Below, in pieces: positions 1-10,991 of a stretch of 64,000 nt of DNA; within the stretch, counting starts at the first letter, position 1, and each line of letters opens with the position of its first letter. Location of the stretch: assembly GCA_002269645.1 (NCBI GenBank), contig NIVC01000526.1, positions 6,057 through 70,056 on the forward strand, in the 5' to 3' direction. Source of the stretch: Macrostomum lignano (Eukaryota). The position numbers and the translations under genes are program-made. The notes beneath the pieces were generated by a model. It saw only the letters and a list, made by a program, of their open reading frames with translations. It ran no database searches and had not been told where the DNA came from.

Positions 1-222
1 CATTTCAGTGGACTGGCTAATGTACATTACTCCTGAACCAATTAGCAAGTTGTTTACGCCTGCAAGCTTGGCTTCTAAACCTATCAAAGTCATTTCAGCT
101 GCCTTTCTTATATATTTTTAAAAATAGCTTATGCATTCTTATTTGCTACTGAACTGAAAGTAGAAAGCTGTTTTACTAAGCATATATGCCTGTGCAGCCC
201 ATCTAGTTATTTTTGTATCTGT
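1..222 (+). repeat. Dispersed repeat copy, partner at 55710..55927
   Basis: catttcagtggactggctaatgtacatta...gcaagttgtttacgcctgcaagcttggc...atcaaagtcatttcagc...catctagttattt..gtatctgt recurs in the same orientation at 55710-55927 with scattered mismatches. Confidence 0.85.
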
Positions 223-722
223 ACAACACAAAACATTTGACAATTAGACACAAGCAAAGAGGAAAAGGGGATTGATTGAAAACGGTATCTAAAAGCTTTA
301 GGTTTGACACACTCAAAGACAGATTTAGTAGTTCAAGCCAGTACACTAATGAGAATAAGTTCGACTAGCTGTTTATTACGGTACGAGCGTAAAGACAAAA
401 TCTCACAAATGCGTTTTTTAAATTGCAGTATTTTTATGAGAAATCTAAATTGCGAAAATATGAAACACAATAAACACTGAATTATTTGGATTGTGGATTT
501 TGATATTTTGTAAACCTTTGGACCAGAGAAATTTTCGAATGAATTTATCGGTTATAACTAATTTATCTTGAGACAAACAATAGTAAAACAACAACTATTG
601 GATATTGAATAGAAAGCGAAACATCAAATAAAACAATTAGAAAACTTAAGGGCGCGACTCCCCTTTATTTGTGTTATTTAACGCTGATAAGAAGACGTCG
701 CAGATGCTCGTCAATCACTCAA

Positions 723-3700
723 TCAGGGGCCAGTTTGTTGGGAATTCTGAAATTCACATTTACAAATTGCTTTTTCGGTAGATCAGGAGTCGGAAAACTT
801 TATTTACCCCGAGGGCCAGATAGGGAAGCTAGCGCATGACTGCAGGCTAGAGGAGGGGAAAAGAGGAGAGGGAATAAAGGAGAAGAGAGGAGTGGAAAGA
901 TAAATAAGAGAGGAGAAGGGAGAAAAGGGAGAGGAGAGAAGAGAGGAAAGGAGAGAAGAGGAGAGGAGAGAGGAAAGGGGAGAAGAGGAGAGGAGAGAAA
1001 AAAGGAGGATAGGAGAGAAGAGGAGAGAGGAAAGGAGAGAAGAGGAGGAGAGGAAAGGAGAGAAGAGGAGAGAGGAAAGGAGAGAAGAGGAGGAGAGAGG
1101 AAAGGAGAGAAGAGGAGAGAGGAAAGGAGAGAAGAGGAGGAGAGAGGAAAGGAGAGAAGAGGAGAGAGGAAAGGAGAGAAGAGGAGGAGAGAGGAAAGGA
1201 GAGAAGAGGAGAGAGGAAAGGAGAGAAGAGGAGGAGAGAGGAAAGGAGAGAAGAGGAGAGAGGAAAGGAGAGAAGAGGAGGAGAGAGGAAAGGAGAGAAG
1301 AGGAGGAGAGAGAAAAGGAGAGAAGAGGAGGAGAGATGAAAGGAGAGAAGAGGAGAGGAGAGAGGAGAGGAGAGAAAAAGGAGGAGAGGAGAGAAGAGGA
1401 GAGAGGAAAGAAGAGAGGAGATTCGACTAGGGATCTGAGAAGAGACACCAACCTCGAGCGGGCCGGATTGCTATTGTGAAGTTTAAAATAACCCGAGAGC
1501 CGGATGGAGAGGCTTCGCGTAGATCAACATCAACCTCAATAAAGAATACTCAAAACACCCTTAGTCTGGAGCACTATAGTTCACAACTTTAAAGCAAAAA
1601 TTATAGCTATATTACATGCTGCTTAATAACTATTAATTGTCACGACAGCATTAAACTAAGCAAGTAACCATGCATTCGACAGTTTCAACTCACATCGATG
1701 CCTTCATCCGGGTGCTCCCTGTTGTACTGCTCCTCGAACTGTCTGAGCTCTTCCTCGTTGAACGGCTTGTCTTCATCACTCTCTTCCGCAGTCTGTTGAT
1801 TAACAAGGGCATTGGTGCGGTTTTATATAGTTTGATTCGGGATAGTTTCGGTTTCAGATAAACAGATTGGGATAGTTTTGGTTTCAGATCATCAGATTCG
1901 GGATGGTTTCGGTTTCATATCATCAGGTTGGGGATGGTTTCGGTTTTAGATCATCAGATTCGGGATAGTTTTGGTTTATATTAATCAGATTCGGGATAGT
2001 TTCGGTTTCAGATCATCAGATTCGGAATGGTTTCGGTTTCATATCATCAGGTTGGGGATGGTTTCGGTTTCAGATCATCAGGTTGGGGTTGGTTTCGGTT
2101 TCAAATCATTGGATTCGGGACGATTTTAGGGTAAAAATATTGAAAATCTGCAGCACAAAGGCTCTCAGACTCACCTTCCATTCTTCATCTTTGTTCGCCT
2201 CTTGGCTGCTAATCCAGGCATTAAACTCCTCCCAACTGACCATCCTATCCTTGTTCTTGTCCAGTCTCATGAGCACAGCCCGGCGCATCCGCTCCATCTC
2301 GTGCTGCCGTTCCACCCGATCAACCGTTGTGTCATTCTCCTTGCTGTACACTTTGTCCAGCTGTAGGGTCGAAAAATGATTTAGCAGAGTGAATTTTATC
2401 TCTATATCTATCTAATCTATCTACCTCAGCTCCCTCCTTCTATCTACCTCAGTTCCCTCCTTCTATCTACCTCAGCTCCCTTCCTCTATCGACCTCAGCT
2501 CCCTCCTTCTATCTACATCAGTTCCCTTCATCTATCTACCTCAGTTCCCTTCCTCTATCTACCTCAGCTCCCTCCTTCTATCTACCTCAGTTCCCTCCCT
2601 CTATCTACCTCAGCTCCCTTCCTCTATCTACCCCAGTTCCCTTCCTCTATCTACCTCAGCTCCCTCCCTCTATCTACCTCAGCTCCCTCCCTCTATCTAC
2701 CTCAGCTCCCTTCCTCTATCTACCTCAGCTCCCTCCTTCTATCTACCTCAGTTCCCTCCTTCTATCTACCTCAGCTCCCTCCTTCTATCTACCTCAGTTC
2801 CCTTCCTCTATCTACCTCAGCTCCCTTCCTCTATCGACCTCAGCTCCCTCCTTCTATCTACATCAGTTCCCTTCATCTATCTACCTCAGTTCCCTTCCTC
2901 TATCTACCTCAGCTCCCTTCCTCTATCTACCTCAGCTCCCTCCTTCTATCTACCTCAGTTCCCTCCTTCTATCTACCTCAGTTCCCTCCCTCTATCTACC
3001 TCAGCTCCCTTCCTCTATCGACCTCAGCTCCCTCCTTCTATCTACATCAGTTCCCTTCATCTATCTACCTCAGTTCCCTTCCTCTATCTACCTCAGCTCC
3101 CTTCCTCTATCTACCTCAGCTCCCTCCTTCTATCTACCTCAGTTCCCTCCCTCTATCTACCTCAGCTCCCTTCCTCTATCTACCCCAGTTCCCTTCCTCT
3201 ATCTACCTCAGCTCCCTCCCTCTATCTACCTCAGCTCCCTCCCTCTATCTACCTCAGCTCCCTTCCTCTATCTACCTCAGCTCCCTCCTTCTATCTACCT
3301 CAGTTCCCTCCTTCTATCTACCTCAGCTCCCTCCTTCTATCTACCTCAGTTCCCTTCCTCTATCTACCTCAGCTCCCTTCCTCTATCGACCTCAGCTCCC
3401 TCCTTCTATCTACATCAGTTCCCTTCATCTATCTACCTCAGTTCCCTTCCTCTATCTACCTCAGCTCCCTTCCTCTATCTACCTCAGCTCCCTCCTTCTA
3501 TCTACCTCAGTTCCCTCCTTCTATCTACCTCAGTTCCCTCCTCTATCTACCTCAGCTCCCTCCCTCTATTTACCTCAGTTCCCTCCCTCTATCTACCTCA
3601 GTTCCCTCCTTCTATCTACCTCAGCTCCCTCCTTCTATCTACCTCAGCTCCCTCCTTCTATCTACCTCAGCTCCCTCCTTCTATCTACCTCAGCTCCCTC

Positions 3701-6700
3701 CTTCTATCTACCTCAGCTCCCTCCTTCTATCTACCTCAGTTCCCTCCTTCTATCTATTTCAGCTCCCTCCTTCTATCTACCTCAGCTCCCTCCCTCTATC
3801 GACCTCAGCTCCCTCCTTCTATCTACATCAGTTCCCTTCATCTATCTACCTCAGTTCCCTTCCTCTATCTACCTCAGCTCCCTTCCTCTACGAGTATCTA
3901 CCTCAGCTCCCTCCCTCTATCTACCTCAGTTCCCTCCTTCTATCTACCTCACTTCCCTCACTCTATCTACCTCAGTTCCCTCCTTCTATCTACCTCACTT
4001 CCCTCCCTCTATCTACCTCAGTTCCCTCCCTCTATCTACCTCAGCTCCCTCCCTCTATCTACCTCAGTTCCCTCCTTCTATCTACCTCACTTCCCTCACT
4101 CTATCTACCTCAGTTCCCTCCTTCTATCTACATCAGTTCCCTCCTTCTATCTACCTCAGTTCCCTCCCTCTATCTACCTCAGTTCCCTCCTTCTATCTAC
4201 CTCAGTTCCCTCCTTCTATCTACCTCAGCTCCCTCCCTCTATCTACCTCAGTTCCCTCCTTCTATCTACCTCAGCTCCCTCCCTCTATCTACCTCAGCTC
4301 CCTCCTTCTATCTACATCAGTTCCCTCCCTCTATCTACCTCAGCTCCCTCCTTCTATCTACCTCAGTTCCCTCCTTCTATCTACCTCAGCTCCCTCCTTC
4401 TATCTACCTCAGTTCCCTCCTTCTATCTACCTCAGCTCCCTCCCTCTATCTACCTCAGCTCCCTCCTTCTATCTACATCAGTTCCCTCCCTCTATCTACC
4501 TCAGTTCCCTCCTATCTACCTCAGCTCCCTCCCTCTATCTACCTCAGCTAACTCCCACTATCTACATCAGTTCCCTCCTTCGATATACCTCAGTTCCCTT
4601 TCTCTATCGACCTCAGTTCCCTTCCTCTATCTACATCGACGAGGCCAACCTCTTTCCAAAACAAGGCTTCGATTTCGTTCACATCCATGTGTCCATCGCC
4701 ATTGATATCTGTAAGAGATCGAAAGACAGATTTAAGTTAAAATAGTTGGTGAATTAGCAATAAACTTCAAATTTAATAATCAGTTTGGGTGCTATTGACT
4801 AACCGTGTAGCATAAAGAACGCCTTTGGATCAAAGGAGTCTCGATCCATTCGATCGCCCTTCTCCCAGGCTTCTTTTAGTTGTTCGCGACTGCCCTGAAA
4901 TTTATGAATATGTATAGTAAAAGTAAGAATGTGAGCGCTATCATTTTTGGCAAAGATAGAGTCAAATTCATGGAGGAAACAATAGAATGGAGTGCTAATC
5001 TGAGCCAGTTATTTCTGTCTCGCTTGATGTTCACTTTTCGGATCCCTTCCCCCCCGTTCCTTCCTATTGGCTCGTGACTGTCATAGACAACCCCCCGTTC
5101 CTTCCTATTGGCTCGTGACTGTCATAGACAACCCCCCGTTCCTTCCTATTGGCTCGTGACTGTCATAGACAACCCCCCGTTCCTTCCTATTGGCTCGTGA
5201 CTGTCATAGACAACCCCCCGTTCCTTCCTATTGGCTCGTGACTGTCATAGACAACCCCCCGTTCCTTCCTATTGGCTCGTGACTGTCATAGACAAAGTCA
5301 TTTTCGTTTTCGCCCCCGTCTGAAAGGTCTGTCCCTGCCATAGATCTTATATTTCCTAGATAGGCCACTCTCAATGAATTCAATTGGAAAAGACCGATCA
5401 CGCAAATTGCAAGAAAATCTATTTAAGCCGACAGCGCCTGAGACAAGTCTGAGGTCAGTAGCTTAAGGGACATGTATTTCATTTGCATGTTTAACTGTTT
5501 TGTTTGACTAACAATTTTCCATTCGTTGGCTTAAGTGAAATATACATCATTATACATCATTTGCAAGCATTATACTGAAAATAGCTAAATATGCCTTTAA
5601 AAAACTCTTGATACGCGCACAAGCTACTGACCTGGTACCGTGGTCGTAAAAACTGTCAAGAAATACAATTCGGCCCTATATGGGCATGCTTGTGGTCGCT
5701 GAGTGGCTTATCTAGGAAATATAAGATATATGGTCCCAGCATAGTACGAGCTCACATCAAAATATGCTTTCAGCCAATAGGAAGGACCGGGGAAAAGGGA
5801 TGCTAAAAGTGAAGAACGAGCGAGACAAAAATAACTGACTCAGATTAGCACTCCATTCTATTCTTTCCTTCATGGTCAAATTCCACTCCAGACACTATTC
5901 GATTAGAGCTTCACTGCTCACCGGTTGATGCACCCGCTCGTGCCTGCGGTGCCGTTCCCTCTCAGCCCGCATCTGCTGTTCGGCCGCTTCCCGCGCTTTC
6001 TTATCCTTGATGCGGCGCAGTCTGGCCCGCCGGCTGTGCTCCTTGCCCATCTCGTAGCGTTTGTACTCGGCCTCGCGCGCCTGGTCCACCTGGTCAATGT
6101 CCTGCGTCACCTGGTTAATTAGCTTCTGCAGGTCAGCTATTTCGAATGTGTGCGGTTTCGAATGGTCCAGATGAGCCCGTTTGATTGTAGCCTCGTCCAG
6201 GCTCTGCAGCCCAAAGCGGAACTTGGCGCGGGACGCTTTGCCTGGGTTGGCCTGAGAGCGCAAGCGGTGTTGAGATACTTGGCAATTGCTTCGTAAGCAG
6301 AGAGGAAGATTGAGAAACAAGAGAGAAATTAAAACTTGCTATTAGCCCAATGAAAACAATACCTAGGCCAAGAAGCCTCCCAGAGTCACGTGCGTCGCCC
6401 AGGGTCGTTTCAGAATCGTTGCAGATGACACAGGTAAAATTAGCAAACCAGTTGAAAACTTTACTGTGACAATGATCGCTAAAAAGTCGTTACAAACAAC
6501 TCACTAGTGACTCTAGCGACTCTAGGGCGACTCTAGTGACTTCTTACTGACTCAAACGCATCTAATGCGACTGTTGCGTCACAAGCGTGTCACGTGAGTT
6601 TTAGAATTGTAAAAGAGTCGCGAAAGAGTCGTCCAAGAATCGTTGTGTTCGCGCTTAACTTCTTTCCTATTTTACCTGTGTTACCTGCAACGACTCTGAA

Positions 6701-7881
6701 ATGACTCTGGCCGGACGATCCCGTTTTTATCGGGAAAGAATTGGCTTTAAACGACTCTAAAACGACGGGATGTTACGGCACAAGTGGCCTAAAAGTCGTC
6801 AAAGAGTGAAGCGTTTTGTTGTCTGCGACTATGAAACGATTCTGGGGCGACGGTATAACGACTCTGGGGTCCGTAGAGTTGCAATTGAGGCATGTTAGAA
6901 ACGCTGTAGAGTCACCGAGTTGTGTTTGAAGCGCATTCACATCGCTTCATTAACCAGAGTCACATCTCTAGAGAAAGTCAGCGCCAACACATCGATTCTT
7001 GGACGACTCTTTCGCGACTCTTTTACGATTCTACAACTTACGTGACGCGCTTGTGACGCAACAGTCGCCTCTCCGTCACATTAGACGCGTTTGAGTTGTT
7101 AAAAAGTCACAAGAGTCGCTTCAAAGTAGCAACAGTCACTAGACAGTTGTTTCCAAAGACTTTTTAGCGATTCTTGTCACGGTAACGTTTTCAACGGGTG
7201 GACAGAGGTCAGCTGGAGGATGGTGATAAATGTGACTAAAAATAGTTAAGAACTGCTCAAGACGTAAGCGATTCAATTACTGAAGTCCAAGAAGTTCAGG
7301 CTAGTTGAATATCGAGTAAACAAAACAGAAATAAATTCACACCTTTAAGGCCAGCTTGTCTTCAAGCGCTTTTTCAAGCTCATTGAGTCGTTCCACCTCC
7401 TGTCGTTTGATCTCGTCAAGGCGGTTGCGCACGGAGTGGCTGGCGAATTCAAGCTGGTTAGCCATTTCGTCGGACTGATGGATTGAGATTTAGGCAATAC
7501 ACATTGAAGCTGGTGAATTTAGTCATTTATTATACTGGTGTTAATTGAAAGTCCAAAGATCATTCCAACACTCACATCATTCATACTTCGAAGTCGATTG
7601 GCGAATTCTTTGTCGCTCTCCATGGCGCTAATCACTTCGGACAGATACTGTCTGTACGAGACATCCGGCTGAGATGAGTGTTAAATGGACAATTATGCTA
7701 GTTAGAATTTTATATGCTGGCTTTTATTTCAACTACATGTACATAAAATATAACTTACCAAAACATTATCAGGCAATCTGTCTGATTCAGCTTTCTTTTC
7801 CTCTTTCGAAACTGGGACACTGTGGGTGCAGCTAATTAGTAAGAAAGCGCTGGTCAGAAACAGTTTAATGGACAGTGTCAT
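723..7881 (-). CDS. NUCB2: Nucleobindin (NUCB1/NUCB2-like) secreted EF-hand Ca2+-binding protein; join(7759..7881,7576..7668,7343..7474,5922..6251,4804..4894,4650..4708,2175..2360,1694..1792,723..746), ~378 aa; last exon uncertain
   Basis: Hand-spliced exons all have AG/GT boundaries and compatible phases. Signal peptide MTLSIKLFLTSAFLLISCTHS; YRQYLSEVISAMESDKEF; SHSVRNRLDEIKRQEVERL; HLDHSKPHTFEIADLQKLI...YKRYEMGKEH; HQPGSREQLKEAWE...FDPKAFFMLH; EF-hands DINGDGHMDVNE and DKNKDRMVSWEE. All match nucleobindin motifs as I recall them. Terminal exon 723..746 (NSQQTGP*) chosen from a tttcag acceptor and AATAAA at 664-669; alternative 1536..1565 (TKGVLSILY*). NUCB1 versus NUCB2 cannot be resolved for an invertebrate. 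Confidence 0.9.
849..1420 (+). repeat. Purine-only (GA-rich) low-complexity minisatellite
   Basis: Almost exclusively G/A (units such as ggagagaagaggagagaggaaa); explains the spurious Ser/Leu ORF 804..1451. Confidence 0.9.
1834..2122 (+). repeat. ~31-bp minisatellite in nucleobindin intron
   Basis: About 9 degenerate copies of tttcggtttcagatcatcagattcgggatag. Confidence 0.85.
2416..4636 (+). repeat. 23-bp pyrimidine-rich minisatellite filling a nucleobindin intron
   Basis: Unit ctatctacctcagctccctcctt with minor variants over ~2.2 kb, between exons 4650..4708 and 2175..2360. Confidence 0.95.
4966..5873. mobile_element. Non-autonomous TIR element (MITE/foldback-like) in nucleobindin intron
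   Basis: 4981..5072 is the reverse complement, with some mismatches, of 5772..5862 (agccaataggaagga...gcgagaca.aaataactg.ctcagattagcactccattctatt). A second inverted match is atataagat.tatgg at ~5338-5352 (rc) versus ~5719-5733. Confidence 0.7.
5050..5295 (+). repeat. 41-bp tandem repeat, 6 copies
   Basis: ccccccgttccttcctattggctcgtgactgtcatagacaa starting at 5050, 5091, 5132, 5173, 5214, 5255. Confidence 0.95.
6380..7200. mobile_element. Nested inverted-repeat (foldback/MITE-like) element in nucleobindin intron 3
   Basis: Arm 6448..6654 is inverted relative to 6980..7198, and arm 6399..6440 is inverted relative to 6669..6710. Rich in GAGTC/GACTC motifs. Confidence 0.7.
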
Positions 7882-10800
7882 TTCAAGACATAAATGATAT
7901 TTTTACAGGTAAGTATGTATGCTTATTATGATATTAAATCTTTTGAAAGCTATCAACAAAAAAAATATATACACCTTTGCTTCACTAAAAGTAGAAAACT
8001 CTAACCCTTTAATGTTAGTCACGATTACACATCTTACAAATTATTTAGGTCCTAGTGTTTATTAATTATTAGAGACAGACAGTTTTTACTTAATATTTTT
8101 CGACTAAATTATTATATGATGCTCAGATGTTTAGATGACTCTATAGAAATATAGTAGTTAATTTATTATATAATTTATTATATTTGACATACTTGTATAC
8201 CAAATGTTCAATAAAATATAGCTTATAAAAATTTTAAGCAAGTCAAATATTTACAAAATATAAAAATACACTAAAAACTTATATGGTTGAGAATTTTGTG
8301 ATTTTATATATTACATTAAGAACATTTACAGATGAAAATCATGATGAATTATTAGTTTTCTAACATTATAAAAAATAGAAAACTATAAGCTACAAGTATA
8401 TATGCCCCGACTAAAATTAAAGACAAGGTAGCTTGTATATAAATGTTGCTCTTCGACTCATGAAACAACTCATGCATATACCTTTGATTTAGTAAACTGA
8501 TAAAACACGAAATGTCATAATTATATGAAATGAGATCAAGTGTGTAAATTGTGTCACCAGTTTTTACTTAATCAATGGTTAGCAAGCACTTTATTGAATA
8601 AATTAGGCAGAGGTATTGCACTATTAGTATTAATATAATGTCAGTATCTACTGTCACCATATAGTAAACCAACATACATTAATATACACAGAAACTGGTG
8701 TCATGCACACAAAAACATAACACTTTCCTATCAGAAATGGGACAGTGTGTTAATAAAAAGAAAATTTGAATAATATTACTGAAGTAAATATTGTTTACAT
8801 TTGGCTTGGCTGTTGATGAAAAGCATCAGTAAAATAGTAAAATATTAATGCTCGTGTAAACATGCTAATAAATTTAAATAATAAACTTAATAATTAATAT
8901 CAAAATCTTCACGAAAGCAAGACTAGTATGAACAGATCACTGAAAAAATCAAACGACATTATTCAAACTACGTATCTAATAAATGCCTTAATGATAACTA
9001 CTGTAAAACTCGTTCAAGATTATAGGATACGATCTAAGTGTCAGTCCAACCAGGGATAGTACAGTGGTAAATGGTACTAGTTACAGTACAGTGGTTTCAA
9101 TGCACGACGTGCGTTGAAATGTTGATATCTATAGCGTTAACTAAAACTATTTTTTAAAAATTAGCGCGAAATAGGCCAATTTCTCTCAGTATAACAAATT
9201 TCTGACTATCATAAAGATTTTTAAGAATACCTCTGCACAAAATAAAAGAAGTAGCTTTTGTACATGTGTTTTTTAGAACAGTAGCTGCTACTAAAAATAA
9301 TTTCTGAAAACAGTGGTAATAAAGTACTCGTAATATCCTGCGCTACCTGATTTAAATTATTATAGAATTATTTTATTACATGATCGTGATAGAATTAAAA
9401 AGTCATGCTTTGACTTCAGTGAAAGAATAAAATTTATGCATAGTATAGCTATCATAGAGATCTGAAGAATGAGATCGGGTTTTAGTTTAAGAACTTAAGC
9501 TAGATTTGAGATTATTTGGGAAAAAGGAGGGACAAACTGCATGATTGGGTTTTTATTCATTGAGTTTTCGTCTTGTTTGAAAAAATATCATTTCAAGAGG
9601 GCCAGCTATCGATAAGGGCACATTCAAAAAACCCACAAGGACCGCAGAACAGTCATGTCTGATGAATATATATGATATATATATATGAATATGAATATAT
9701 AAATAGATGACAAGCACAATGTGGGGCGATGCTTGTGAACGAATCTTCTTCCAGTATACTGTTTAAAATTTTACTCTGTAGCCTCGTGGATCCAGATTGT
9801 ATGATTGCTATATAAAGTATAAAATGATACTAGATACTACCCCGAAGAGTATGCAGAAAGCACTGACTGGAATTGTTGACTATGACAAAAAGCTAAAAAG
9901 TGCTCGATTTTGAAAAATCCATTTCGTGATTTTTGGTTGCATATAGTCCACTTATCGCTTGTACTAGAATAGGTCTTTAAAATTAAAATAATTGTCATCT
10001 TGCCGTGCACCTTATTTATAGCTATAAAATACCAACCAAACACGAAAAACAGCCACTAGCTGCACTAAACCCATGCTACACTTAACAAAAGATACTTTTT
10101 AAACCATTCTTGCTATTCAGTTTGACAAAAAATCGAAACTTCTGAATCAAAACAACAGCGACCTTATGCCTGTCTCTTTTAATACAGCAACATTTAATTT
10201 ATTTTCCAATAACAAACACTTAAACACTTCTATATAGCAAATTGGTAACACAAGGAAAATACAAGGCAGTACATTCAATGACAAAATTCAGTCACTAAAT
10301 AATAAGTAACGTGTCAGCACTCCACATGTAGAATAAAACTTTATTTTGTTTGAAAAAAACTGGATATGAATTGCAGTTTGAATTAAATTTGATAGAGTTT
10401 CTGGGTTTATTACTCGTAACTTTGTCAGGTCAGAACAGAAAAAAAATAAATATTCAAAAGCTGCAAATCCCAAACAGGCTGACTACAAACGGAAGTACAT
10501 GTAACAGGGATTATATTTAATTGACCAAGACCAGACCCAGGCCACGAAGCCGTCAGCATGCATACATTGTCCCCCCCCCAAGATAAACTTAGGCCTATGA
10601 TCAAGACGGTTGTCAAGGTTGTCAAGACGGCCAGCTGTGACCCAAGTGGCCCATACCGGGTACTTTTACAAGCGTAAGAAGCTGAATCAAATAATCAAAT
10701 AGTAATTTATTTTGTCATAATCTTTTCTTGAGTTAATTAATAGCAATAGAGATATTGGGGGGGGGGGGCAAAAAAAAATTAGCCACTTTATTGATCGTTA

Positions 10801-10991
10801 CGCCATTAACTAATCGTCACTCCTTAGTTGGCCTCTCCTTCCCATCACCATAAAATCCATCACAACGCCCCTGATAAGCTTAGACCCTTTTGAGTCGCTG
10901 CCTAATTCGAAAAATATCTAGACTAATTCGCGGAAGACTGCCTGCCTGCATAAATGCACAGAAAAAGTTAAACAAAAAAACACACTTTTTT

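Noticed and set aside
804-1451. 215-aa Ser/Leu-rich ORF resembling a membrane protein
   Set aside because: Translation of a GA/CT low-complexity tract.
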